64,000 nt of DNA, from positions 62,329-126,328 of the forward strand of contig CAZCLY010000013.1 in assembly GCA_964499635.1 (NCBI GenBank), given 5' to 3'. The notes below the pieces were generated by a model. It saw only the letters and a list, made by a program, of their open reading frames with translations. It did not search any database and was not told where the DNA came from. Numbering within the stretch: the first letter of the stretch is position 1; each line of letters begins with the position of its first letter. The position numbers and the translations under genes are program-made. This DNA is from an uncultured Gemmatimonadota bacterium. GTDB lineage: Bacteria; Gemmatimonadota; Gemmatimonadetes; Palauibacterales; Palauibacteraceae. Below are positions 9,454 through 17,387 of this stretch, in pieces.

Positions 9454-11094
9454 TCAGCCGCTCGGGAGGGACGCGATGAACTTCCCCACCAGCTGGAGAA
9501 TCGCCCCCTCGTACTCCCAGCTTTCCGCCGGTCCGAGGCGGTAGAGGGGGTCGGCGGCGGTGACGACAAGCATGTCGAGGTCGTGCAGCAGGACGATCAG
9601 ATTGCCGCCGTGTCCCCAGGCGAAGTCGAATCGGTGCTCGCCCACCCTCGCGGACCACCACTGATATCCGTAGGCGATGTTTCGAAGATAGGGGCCCATA
9701 TAGTTGTCGGAGTCCCGCCGCCAACGGTCGTCCCACATGCCCGTGGAATACGCCTGCAGGGACTCTCCGACCCAGTCCGCGGGGAGGACGCGAGTGCCCT
9801 CGTACTCACCTCCACGGAGATAAAGGAGGCCGAACTTGGCCATATCGCGAGGTGTAACGGAGATCTCGAACGAGCCGAAGTTGTAGCCATCCGCGTCGCG
9901 GGTCCAGCTCCCTAGCTGGGCGCCGAGCGGTGCGAACAGGGTTCGCTCGGCGAACGATTCGAGTGTCGTGTCGCACGCCCGCGCGACGATGATCCCGAGG
10001 ATGTGGGACGTCAGGTTGCTGTACCCGAATCCCGTGCCCGGATCATTGCTCAGAGGGAAGTCGACGAGGTGGGGGAGCCAGCGCAGGTCGCCGGTCGCGA
10101 ACAGGATCTCGGCATACGGCGGCTCGCGTTCCTCCCAGGGATATCCGGCGCGCATCTGGAGCAGCTGCCGGATCGTGATCCGCTCCTTCCGCGGGTCCGT
10201 GATCCGCCCGGCGAGCTCTGGGAAGAAGTCCATCATCCTCTGGTCCAGGCTCGCCAGGCATCCCCGATCGAGCGCGATGCCGACCAGCGCCGAGGTGTAG
10301 CTCTTGGTCACGGACTGAACGACGTTCTTCCGCTCCACCCCCCCATCGTTGAAGTATCCTTCCGCGATCAGTCGGCCGTTCTTGACGACCAGGACCCCGT
10401 TCAGGGTCGACAGCTCGGCGGCATCGAGATACAGCTCCGCCACGAGCGCCGGATCCAGCCCTTCCTCGCGCGGCGTGGACACGCTCCAATCGGCGCCCGG
10501 GAGCGGCGCGTATTCGACCCTCTCGAGATCCTCGGCACGAGGGTGCAGCATCGCCGCGATCCGGGGACGGGTCCTGCGGATCTGTTCGTAGTCGAGTTGC
10601 AGCCCCAGCGGCCCCAGGGCCTCTCCGAGCAGGTCGTAGATCCCCCTGGCATCCTCGAACGGAGCGGCGACGGCGTCGAACGGTGTCTGGCCCTCGTGGT
10701 CGCGGGCATACCTGTCGGCTCCCCCGTCCAGCAGGGCCCGCACGATCTCGACGCGGCAGAGGAACGCGGCGATGTAGAGCGGGGTGGCTCCGTCGTCGTT
10801 GGCGATCTCCAGGTCGACTCCCGCTTCGATCAACGCACGGGCTACCTCCACCCTGCCGAACGTGGCCGCGATGATCAGTGGCGTGGAGCCGTACCGGTCC
10901 CTCGCGTCCAGGTCCGTGCCCGCCGCGATGTGCCGACGAACGCCCTCGAGGTCTCCGCGCAGGGCCGCCAGGTGGAGGTCCACGCCCGGGGGCTGTTGCC
11001 TCGCGGCTGCGAGCGGACGCGACGCCACGAGCAGGACCGCCAGGGCCGCGCCGAGGAGCGCCGTCACGCCACGTCCCCCGAGCCGGGGGCTCAT
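9454..11094 (-). CDS. secreted ankyrin-repeat / beta-lactamase-family serine hydrolase fusion protein
   Basis: Start chosen at MSPRLGGRGVTALLGAALAVLLVASRPLAAA, a signal peptide; ATG 11094 follows GGAG. Ankyrin repeats (GSTPLIIAA..G..E....LI.AGADL, three units). C-terminal domain carries an SxxK motif (SVTKS) and YxN-like features of beta-lactamase/PBP-like esterases. The N-terminal 182 codons of the track ORF are not protein-like. Confidence 0.75.
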   Translation of the reverse strand: MSPRLGGRGVTALLGAALAVLLVASRPLAAARQQPPGVDLHLAALRGDLEGVRRHIAAGTDLDARDRYGSTPLIIAATFGRVEVARALIEAGVDLEIANDDGATPLYIAAFLCRVEIVRALLDGGADRYARDHEGQTPFDAVAAPFEDARGIYDLLGEALGPLGLQLDYEQIRRTRPRIAAMLHPRAEDLERVEYAPLPGADWSVSTPREEGLDPALVAELYLDAAELSTLNGVLVVKNGRLIAEGYFNDGGVERKNVVQSVTKSYTSALVGIALDRGCLASLDQRMMDFFPELAGRITDPRKERITIRQLLQMRAGYPWEEREPPYAEILFATGDLRWLPHLVDFPLSNDPGTGFGYSNLTSHILGIIVARACDTTLESFAERTLFAPLGAQLGSWTRDADGYNFGSFEISVTPRDMAKFGLLYLRGGEYEGTRVLPADWVGESLQAYSTGMWDDRWRRDSDNYMGPYLRNIAYGYQWWSARVGEHRFDFAWGHGGNLIVLLHDLDMLVVTAADPLYRLGPAESWEYEGAILQLVGKFIASLPSG

Positions 11095-11561
11095 CTCCGG
11101 GCCTCCGCGAGGGGATCGACGTGGGCCCTGAAGCCGGGGTCCGAGTCCGGGCCCTTGATCTCCCAATACAGCCGGTTGTCGGGCGTCTCCAGGGTCCCAC
11201 CCACCCACGCCGCGAGCTCCTCCGACCAGCCGCGCCGGCCGAAATCCGCCTCGTGCCCCAGCCAGATGAGCCACAGATGCCGCTCCCACAGGACCGCCTC
11301 CTCCGGCGTGAGGCCGTATCGCTCCGTCAGGGCCCGGGGCAATGGATCGGTCCCGTCGACCGCCTTGATCTTCGCCAGGACCGATGACAATCGCGGCGAT
11401 GAGAAGAAGGAGGTGTTCAACGCGGAGGCCCGATCGAGATCCGCCCGCCACTCGAGCGCCCGCGTGTTCCCTTCGACCTCCAGGATCAGGAAGACCAGCG
11501 TCACGACCATCGCGAAGCTGGCGACGATCTCCGCGCCGTGCGCCCAGGCCTGAAGCTTCAT
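11091..11561 (-). CDS. small hypothetical membrane protein (156 aa)
   Basis: Start at MKLQAWAHGAEIVASFAMVVTLVFLILEV, with GGGAG RBS 7 nt upstream. Its stop overlaps the start of the ankyrin/beta-lactamase gene (ATGA), suggesting co-translation. The upstream part of the track ORF 11091..12434 is a shadow of nfo. Confidence 0.5.
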   Translation of the reverse strand: MKLQAWAHGAEIVASFAMVVTLVFLILEVEGNTRALEWRADLDRASALNTSFFSSPRLSSVLAKIKAVDGTDPLPRALTERYGLTPEEAVLWERHLWLIWLGHEADFGRRGWSEELAAWVGGTLETPDNRLYWEIKGPDSDPGFRAHVDPLAEARR

Positions 11562-11827
11562 GACATGGCTCCCAGCTGAGGTGTCGCCGTCCGGCAGGAG
11601 AGAGGTCCGGGTTCGCAGGGACCTGCCACCCGCCGGGCACCCCGACCGAGCGGAAGCCGCGCGACGCGAGCTCAGCGGTGTCCCGACGTCGCCGGGGTGA
11701 GCGGTGCGTGCTCCCGAAAGGTACTCGAATCGAGGCCGGCCTGCCCCCGGATCGGGCCGCCGGGTCGGGCCCGCGGACCCGCCGGCGCGCTGCGCCCGCC
11801 GACGGGATCCTCCGGGGCGACGTGACC

Positions 11828-12691
11828 TCAGTCGCGGAGGCCGCGCAGCAAGCCCAGGTTCATGACGTCGAAGGTGAGTGGGCTGTCCTCCTTGGGTGTC
11901 TCGAGGAGCTTCGGCACGCCCGCGAAGCGCTCGTCGTTCATGAGGAGCCGAAACGGCTCGGTGCCGAGCGTTCCCCGGCCCAGGTGCTCGTGTCGGTCCC
12001 GGCGCGAGCCGAGCGGGTGCTTCGAGTCGTTGACGTGGAACAGGCGGAGCCGTTCGAGCCCGAGCGCGTCGTCGAAGCGCGTCCATACGCCCTCCCAGTC
12101 GCCGGCGAGGTCGTAGCCGGCGGCCCATGCGTGGCAGGTGTCGACGCACACACGGACCCGCGTCGCGAGGTGGCGGGGGAGGGCGCTGATGATCTCCGCG
12201 AGCTGCACGAACGATCCGCCGATGGACGTGCCCGATCCGGCCGTCAGCTCGAGGAGGACCGGCGTCGAGCCGCCGACCCGCTCCAGCGCACCCGTCAGCG
12301 CTTCGGCGTTCCGGGCCACCCCCGATGCAAGGTCGCCGTCGGTCGCGTTCCCCGGGTGGGTGACGAGGAAGTCGAGCCCGAGCATCGATGCGCGCGCCAG
12401 CTCGCCCTCGAAGGAGCGGAGCGACCGCTTCCACAGCGCCCGGTCCGGTGACGCCAGGTTGATGAGGTAGGAGTCGTGCGCCCCGGCCACGCGGATGCCG
12501 TGCGCCTCGCGGGCGCCCTTGAAGGCCTCGCAGGTCGCGTCATCGAGGGTCGGCTCGGCCCACCGCTGGGGCTGCTTGGTGAACAGCTGGAGACATGCGC
12601 ACCCGATCTCGACAGCGCGGCCCGGGGCCTTGTCCACGCCGCCCGCGGCGGACACGTGCGCGCCCAGCTCATCGGGGCTCGAGACTGGCAC
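11828..12691 (-). CDS. nfo: endonuclease IV (AP endonuclease family 2)
   Basis: Strong collinearity with Nfo: GAHVSAAGG, DSYLINLAS, HPG, CVDTCHAWAAGYDL, LFHVNDSK, HEHLG. GTG start at 12691, 7 nt after GGAGGG, gives a 287-aa product. The rest of the 1241-aa track ORF is a shadow of the plus-strand ADOP gene. Confidence 0.85.
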   Translation of the reverse strand: MPVSSPDELGAHVSAAGGVDKAPGRAVEIGCACLQLFTKQPQRWAEPTLDDATCEAFKGAREAHGIRVAGAHDSYLINLASPDRALWKRSLRSFEGELARASMLGLDFLVTHPGNATDGDLASGVARNAEALTGALERVGGSTPVLLELTAGSGTSIGGSFVQLAEIISALPRHLATRVRVCVDTCHAWAAGYDLAGDWEGVWTRFDDALGLERLRLFHVNDSKHPLGSRRDRHEHLGRGTLGTEPFRLLMNDERFAGVPKLLETPKEDSPLTFDVMNLGLLRGLRD

Positions 12692-12877
12692 CTCGGTTCC
12701 CTCCGTCGGGTCTCGGCCGGGAGCGGGGTCCCGGGGACGGAAGTTCGGGACCCCGCAGGATGTTCGACCGGGAGTGTGCCGGCGCGGGTCGCCCCTCGCC
12801 ACCACCGGATGAAACCACCCCGCCGGCGCAGCCGTAGTTCCCGCGTGTCCGCACCTCGACCCGAACGGACTAATCCC

Positions 12878-15319
12878 GTGCGCAAACTGCTCCGCGATCT
12901 CCGCTTCAGCGTCCGTATGCTGGCCAAGAGCCCCGTGTTCACGCTCGCCGCGGTGAGCACCCTGGCCCTGGGCATCGGCCTCAACGCCGCCACCTTCTCC
13001 GCGGTGCGCGGCATCCTCCTTCGCCCGCTGGGGGGGACGGAGAGCCCGGACGACCTGGTACAGCTGTACCGGAAATGGCCGGGGATGGACTACGGCTCGA
13101 ACTCCGTCCCCCACTACCAGGACCTCCGGGACCGCACGGGCGATGTGTTCTCCGACGTCGCGGCGTGGGGCTTCGTGCAGGCGGCGATGTCGGTGGATGG
13201 TCAGCCCGAGCGGCTCATGGGCCTCATGGTGAGCGCGAACTTCTTCCAGACCTACGGGGCGGAGATGCTCCTGGGCCGACCGTTCATCCCGGGAGAGGAG
13301 GATCGCGGGCCGGGCGCCCACCCGGTCGTCGTGCTCGGGAACACGTTGTGGCACAACCGCTTCGGGGGCGACCCGGAGGTCATCGGACGGACGATCGACA
13401 TCAATGGCCACCGCTTCGAGATCGTCGGCGTCACGCGGCCGGAGTTCAAGGGCCCGGCCACGTTCGCCGATGTCCCGTTCTATGCGCCGCTCATGATGCA
13501 GCACGAGATCAACCCGGGCTACGACATGCTCGAGGCGCGCGGGAACAACAGCCTCAACGTGGAGGCGCGCCTGCGGCCCGGGGTGACGATCGGGCGGGCC
13601 GAGCAGCGGCTCGATGCCGTGCTGGCGGAGCTCGGGGAGGAGCTGCCGGACAGCTACGACGACCAGGTTGGCACCTCGGTCGTCCCGCAGAAGATGGCCG
13701 GCTTCCACCCGACGTTGCGGGACGCGCAGGTGGGGATGTCGACGGTCATCACCGTCGTCGTGGCGCTTCTTCTCCTCATCGCCTGCGTCAACGTGGCGAA
13801 CCTGTTCCTGGCCCGCGCGCAGGACCGGCGACGCGAGATGGGGATCAGGTTGAGCCTCGGAGCCGGAAAGTCGGACATCATCCGACAGCTCCTCACGGAG
13901 GCCCTCGTGTTCAGTCTGCTCGGCGGTCTCGCCGGTCTGGCGCTGGCCTGGGGCGCGGTCCACGTGCTGGGTGGCATCCGGCCCCCGATGGATGGGCCGT
14001 GGTACTTCGACGTGTCCATCGACCGCGTCGTGCTCGGGTTCACCTTCGCCATCGCGGTCGGCGCCGGGCTGATCTTCGGTCTCGCCCCCGCGCTCCACGC
14101 CGCGCGTCCGGATACGATGGCCGCCATCAAGAGCGACTCGGAGCGCGGCGGAAAGTCCCGGGCGAGCCGCGCGCTGGTCGTCGTCCAGATGGCCCTGTCG
14201 CTGGTCCTCCTCATCAGCTCCGGGCTCTTCCTGCGCAGCCTCCAGCGCGCGGCCCTCATCGACCCGGGGATCGACGACCCGCGCAATCTGGTCACGCTCT
14301 CGATGGACCCCTCGCTGCGGGGCTATGACGACACGCGGACGCAGGCGTTCTTCGATCGGCTCATGGAGGAGGTCCGGGCCCTTCCCGAGATCCAGACCGT
14401 CGGGATGATCGACGCGCTCCCCCTCGGCCTCGGCGGGTCCGACCGCGGGGTCGACATCCCGGGCTACGAGTTCGCCGAAGGCGAGCTCCGGAGCATCATG
14501 TACGGCATCGTGACCGAGGGCTATCTGGAGGCGGCGGGGGTGCGTCTGGTCGAGGGGCGCACATTCGAGCGTCGGGACGACGCCACCGCGCCCCCGGTCA
14601 TCATCGTGAACCAGGAGTTCCGCGACCACTTCTGGCCGGGCGAATCGGGCGTGGGGAAGATCGTGCGCACCGCCGGCGAGGATCGCACGGTCATCGGGGT
14701 CGTGGAGACCGGCAAGTACCGGAGCCTCGGCGAACAGGACACCCAGTACATGTACCTCTCGCAGCGCGAGCTCCTGAGCTCCGAGATGTCCCTCGTCGCG
14801 CGCACATCGGGCGACCCGACCATCGCGCTGGGGCACATCCGCCAGGCCGTGCGTGAGCTGGATCCCGATCTGCCCGTGTACGACGTCCGCTCGGTGGAGA
14901 ATCACATGGGTATCGCGCTCATGCCGGCGCGGCTGGGAGGGTCGGTATTGGGGTTGTTCGGCCTCCTCGGACTGACGCTGGCGGCCGTCGGGATCTACGG
15001 GGTGATGGCCTACTCGGTCTCCCGGCGTCGTCGCGAGATCGGGATCCGTATCGCGCTCGGTGCCCGGCGCGGCCGGGTGATCGGAATGGTGCTCGGCGAG
15101 GGGCTCCGGCTGGTCGTGATCGGAGCCCTGCTCGGGCTGGCTGCCGCGGTGGCCGCCGCGCGGCTGGTGAGCGGCATGCTGTACGGCGCGAGCCCGCTCG
15201 ATCCGGTCGCCTTCGTGGGCGTGCCGCTCGTCCTGGTGGGCGTGGCCGCGCTGGCGGTGCTGCTGCCGGCACGCCGGGCGGCGTCGCTGCAGCCCATGCG
15301 CACGCTCCGGGCGGAGTAG
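12878..15319 (+). CDS. ADOP-family ABC transporter permease (MacB-like, duplicated FtsX domains)
   Basis: Family N-terminus LLRDLRFSVRML.KSP.FT. Two MacB_PCD/FtsX halves (VNVANLFLARAQDRRREMGIRLSLGA and SRRRREIGIRIALGA). GTG 12878 chosen for the canonical N-terminus; the in-frame ATG at 12809 is an alternative. There is no PadR partner; the divergent neighbour is nfo. Confidence 0.8.
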   Translation: MRKLLRDLRFSVRMLAKSPVFTLAAVSTLALGIGLNAATFSAVRGILLRPLGGTESPDDLVQLYRKWPGMDYGSNSVPHYQDLRDRTGDVFSDVAAWGFVQAAMSVDGQPERLMGLMVSANFFQTYGAEMLLGRPFIPGEEDRGPGAHPVVVLGNTLWHNRFGGDPEVIGRTIDINGHRFEIVGVTRPEFKGPATFADVPFYAPLMMQHEINPGYDMLEARGNNSLNVEARLRPGVTIGRAEQRLDAVLAELGEELPDSYDDQVGTSVVPQKMAGFHPTLRDAQVGMSTVITVVVALLLLIACVNVANLFLARAQDRRREMGIRLSLGAGKSDIIRQLLTEALVFSLLGGLAGLALAWGAVHVLGGIRPPMDGPWYFDVSIDRVVLGFTFAIAVGAGLIFGLAPALHAARPDTMAAIKSDSERGGKSRASRALVVVQMALSLVLLISSGLFLRSLQRAALIDPGIDDPRNLVTLSMDPSLRGYDDTRTQAFFDRLMEEVRALPEIQTVGMIDALPLGLGGSDRGVDIPGYEFAEGELRSIMYGIVTEGYLEAAGVRLVEGRTFERRDDATAPPVIIVNQEFRDHFWPGESGVGKIVRTAGEDRTVIGVVETGKYRSLGEQDTQYMYLSQRELLSSEMSLVARTSGDPTIALGHIRQAVRELDPDLPVYDVRSVENHMGIALMPARLGGSVLGLFGLLGLTLAAVGIYGVMAYSVSRRRREIGIRIALGARRGRVIGMVLGEGLRLVVIGALLGLAAAVAAARLVSGMLYGASPLDPVAFVGVPLVLVGVAALAVLLPARRAASLQPMRTLRAE

Positions 15320-15539
15320 CCGCGGACCGAACGACTCGACGGGTCCGGGTCGGACGCGCGAACCGGGCTGCTGTCCATCGCCCTGTCGACGACTATGGGT
15401 TTTGCCACATTCGTCTCCATCGGTCCATTGTCGACCACGGCGATCACTCGCCGGCGGTCTGTCGGCTCCGGGCCATCTTCGCGGGCGGACTGCAAGCGAC
15501 TGATGGGGGTGATTCGTGACCGGGTCCGTGTCCGGGGTC

Positions 15540-16250
15540 CTCGGCGCGGGCACTCATCATCCTCCCCGGCGACACGCTCCAGGTCCAGGACTTCATGGAC
15601 CGCGTCTACTTCGCGCCGGACGGTACCTTCCTGCATTCGCGAGACGACCGACATGCAGGCCCGGCCGAGGCGGTAGGAGGTCGCCGGGGGGCAGTCCGAG
15701 GGCGGACAGTGGATGGGAGATGGGACCCTGTTCGCTCCCATCTATCACTGGGACCGGAACCCCGACCCTTCCCGGCCCGGACCGCCCTACCGACCGCCGA
15801 TGACGCTGGTTCGCGTGTCCGCGGATCTCGCGGGCTGGACACGCTCGGCGACTACGGGGGCATTCAGCAGCGGTACGTGTACGTCGGGGGCACGTGGAAG
15901 CCCACCTCGATCGTACCGCCGTTCGCGTCCGATGCGTCGTGGGCGCTGGGCGCTGCGGATGGGACGATCGTCGTCGGAGACGACGCCTCCCCACAGGTCG
16001 ACCGGCCCGATGGGACGCGTTCGATCGTGCGCTGGGAGGCCGAGCCCGAGGCGATCACCGACGCGGACGTCGACGCGTGGAGAGGACCGGCAGCGAAACG
16101 CCTCGTGGACACGGGGACAGTTGCCGGAGCTGGAGCGGGGCTGGGCGGCCATGGACGTTCCGGAAACGAAGGCGTCCTACGAGCGGGGTGTTCGCCGGCT
16201 CGGACGGAACCGTGTGGGTCGCCCTCACGGAGCTCGCTCCATAAGGACCA
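15540..16250 (+). pseudogene. decayed gene, possibly a beta-propeller/lactonase-like protein broken by frameshifts
   Basis: Protein-like segments sit in three different plus frames: DFMDRVYFAPDGTFL, LGDYGGIQQRYVYVGGTWKPTSIVPPFASDASWALGAADGTIVVGDD, SDGTVWVALTELAP. No single long ORF. The 15320-16270 region lacks any intact gene. Confidence 0.25.
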
Positions 16251-16274
16251 CCGGCATCGGCCGCCGGGCGGGTC

Positions 16275-17123
16275 CTACGGAGCGTGCGGCTCGGTGGAGG
16301 CGAGCCGCGAGCCCTCCGCGCAGGGGTCGGCGAGGCCGCTTGCGCTGGCCGGACTCGTGGCCGTGACGCCCGTGTGGCAGAAGATGAGGGTGATCTCGGC
16401 CCACGCCGCGACGGGGCGCCCCCCGCGCAGCGCGGGCTGATACCTGAGGAGCCGCACCATCGACGCGATCTCGCGATTCATGTAGGGGTCCGCGGTCGGG
16501 GGGACCAGCTCCACGAGACCCGTGGCACGTCCGGCGGCGCTCGTGTGGACGCGGACCGTGATCTCGACGCCGTGCAGCTGCGTTCGGGGCTTCCAGTCCC
16601 GAAGAATCGACAGGGCCATGGGCCGGATGTACTCGTCTCCCTCCTCGGAGCTCGGTGCCGGTGCCGCGACCTCGGGACGTGGCGCGGGCATGGCCCACCC
16701 CGGGGGCGCGAGCTCGGCGAGCACCAGCTCCGGACCCCGCCGCATCGGGGCCGCGTCCACCAGCGTGACGGCGGGCACGTCGACGGGGACGACCGGTCGT
16801 CGGGACGGGGCGTCCGGGGCCGGCGATGGCTGGCGCACGCCGATCACCTGGATGGGGCGCACCAGCCGGGGCGGCGGCCCCGGATCCCGGGTGCCCTCGA
16901 CGGCGATCGACACGGCGGGCCACAGGAGGATGACGAGCGCGTGGAACAGCACGGAAGCGACGATCGCGTTCGCCCACGTCCCCCGCTCGCGGCGCGCGTA
17001 CCTCACGCTGCGCAGCTCGTGTCCGGATGAGCCGGGCACTTCAGCCGTGGCGCGTGTCCCGGAGGAGGCGGGGGTCAGGCGGAACACCCGGGGGGGCGGC
17101 GCCAGGAAGGATCTCACGTACAT
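16275..17123 (-). CDS. TonB-like energy transducer (N-terminal TM anchor, Pro-rich linker, TonB C-terminal-like domain)
   Basis: TM anchor WANAIVASVLFHALVILLW. Pro-rich middle (PPPRLVRP...PSPAPDAPSRRPVVPVDVP). C-terminus G.EI.V.V...G....V.LV..T.D..MN.EI...VR.LRY.PA...GRPVA.W. ATG 17123 follows GAGGTGA. Confidence 0.5.
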   Translation of the reverse strand: MYVRSFLAPPPRVFRLTPASSGTRATAEVPGSSGHELRSVRYARRERGTWANAIVASVLFHALVILLWPAVSIAVEGTRDPGPPPRLVRPIQVIGVRQPSPAPDAPSRRPVVPVDVPAVTLVDAAPMRRGPELVLAELAPPGWAMPAPRPEVAAPAPSSEEGDEYIRPMALSILRDWKPRTQLHGVEITVRVHTSAAGRATGLVELVPPTADPYMNREIASMVRLLRYQPALRGGRPVAAWAEITLIFCHTGVTATSPASASGLADPCAEGSRLASTEPHAP

Positions 17124-17387
17124 CCGTTCACCTCGACGTGTGCGCGCCCGGGCGACGGGACACCATGCCCGGCGTCCTGCACGATCGACTCATCGGTCTC
17201 ACGGACGGCCGTTTGGGAATTGCTCGCGGTTCGCTGGCTGCCGTCGCGCTTGGACTGGAAGGCGATCTGTCCGCCGTCCGGTCGCGACGGCCGGTCGGGT
17301 TCCGGCCGCCGCGGCGGTCGGACCGACGACGAGCACGAGGGTTCGGACTCGTATGGGTTGGCTTCGCATCGGCGTGCCCTCCTGTCC

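Noticed and set aside
11828-15553. 1241-aa minus-strand ORF
   Set aside because: Only the last 287 codons (nfo, 11828..12691) are genuine. The remainder is the antisense shadow of the plus-strand ADOP permease 12878..15319.
17199-17369. 56-codon minus-strand ORF (MRSQPIRVRTLVLVVGPTAAAAG...) with GGAGGG RBS between the ADOP stop and the TonB-like gene
   Set aside because: Third codon positions are A-rich (about 16 of 56 A-ending codons), unlike genuine genes here, which have very high GC3. Low-complexity C-terminal half. Probably a non-coding spacer.
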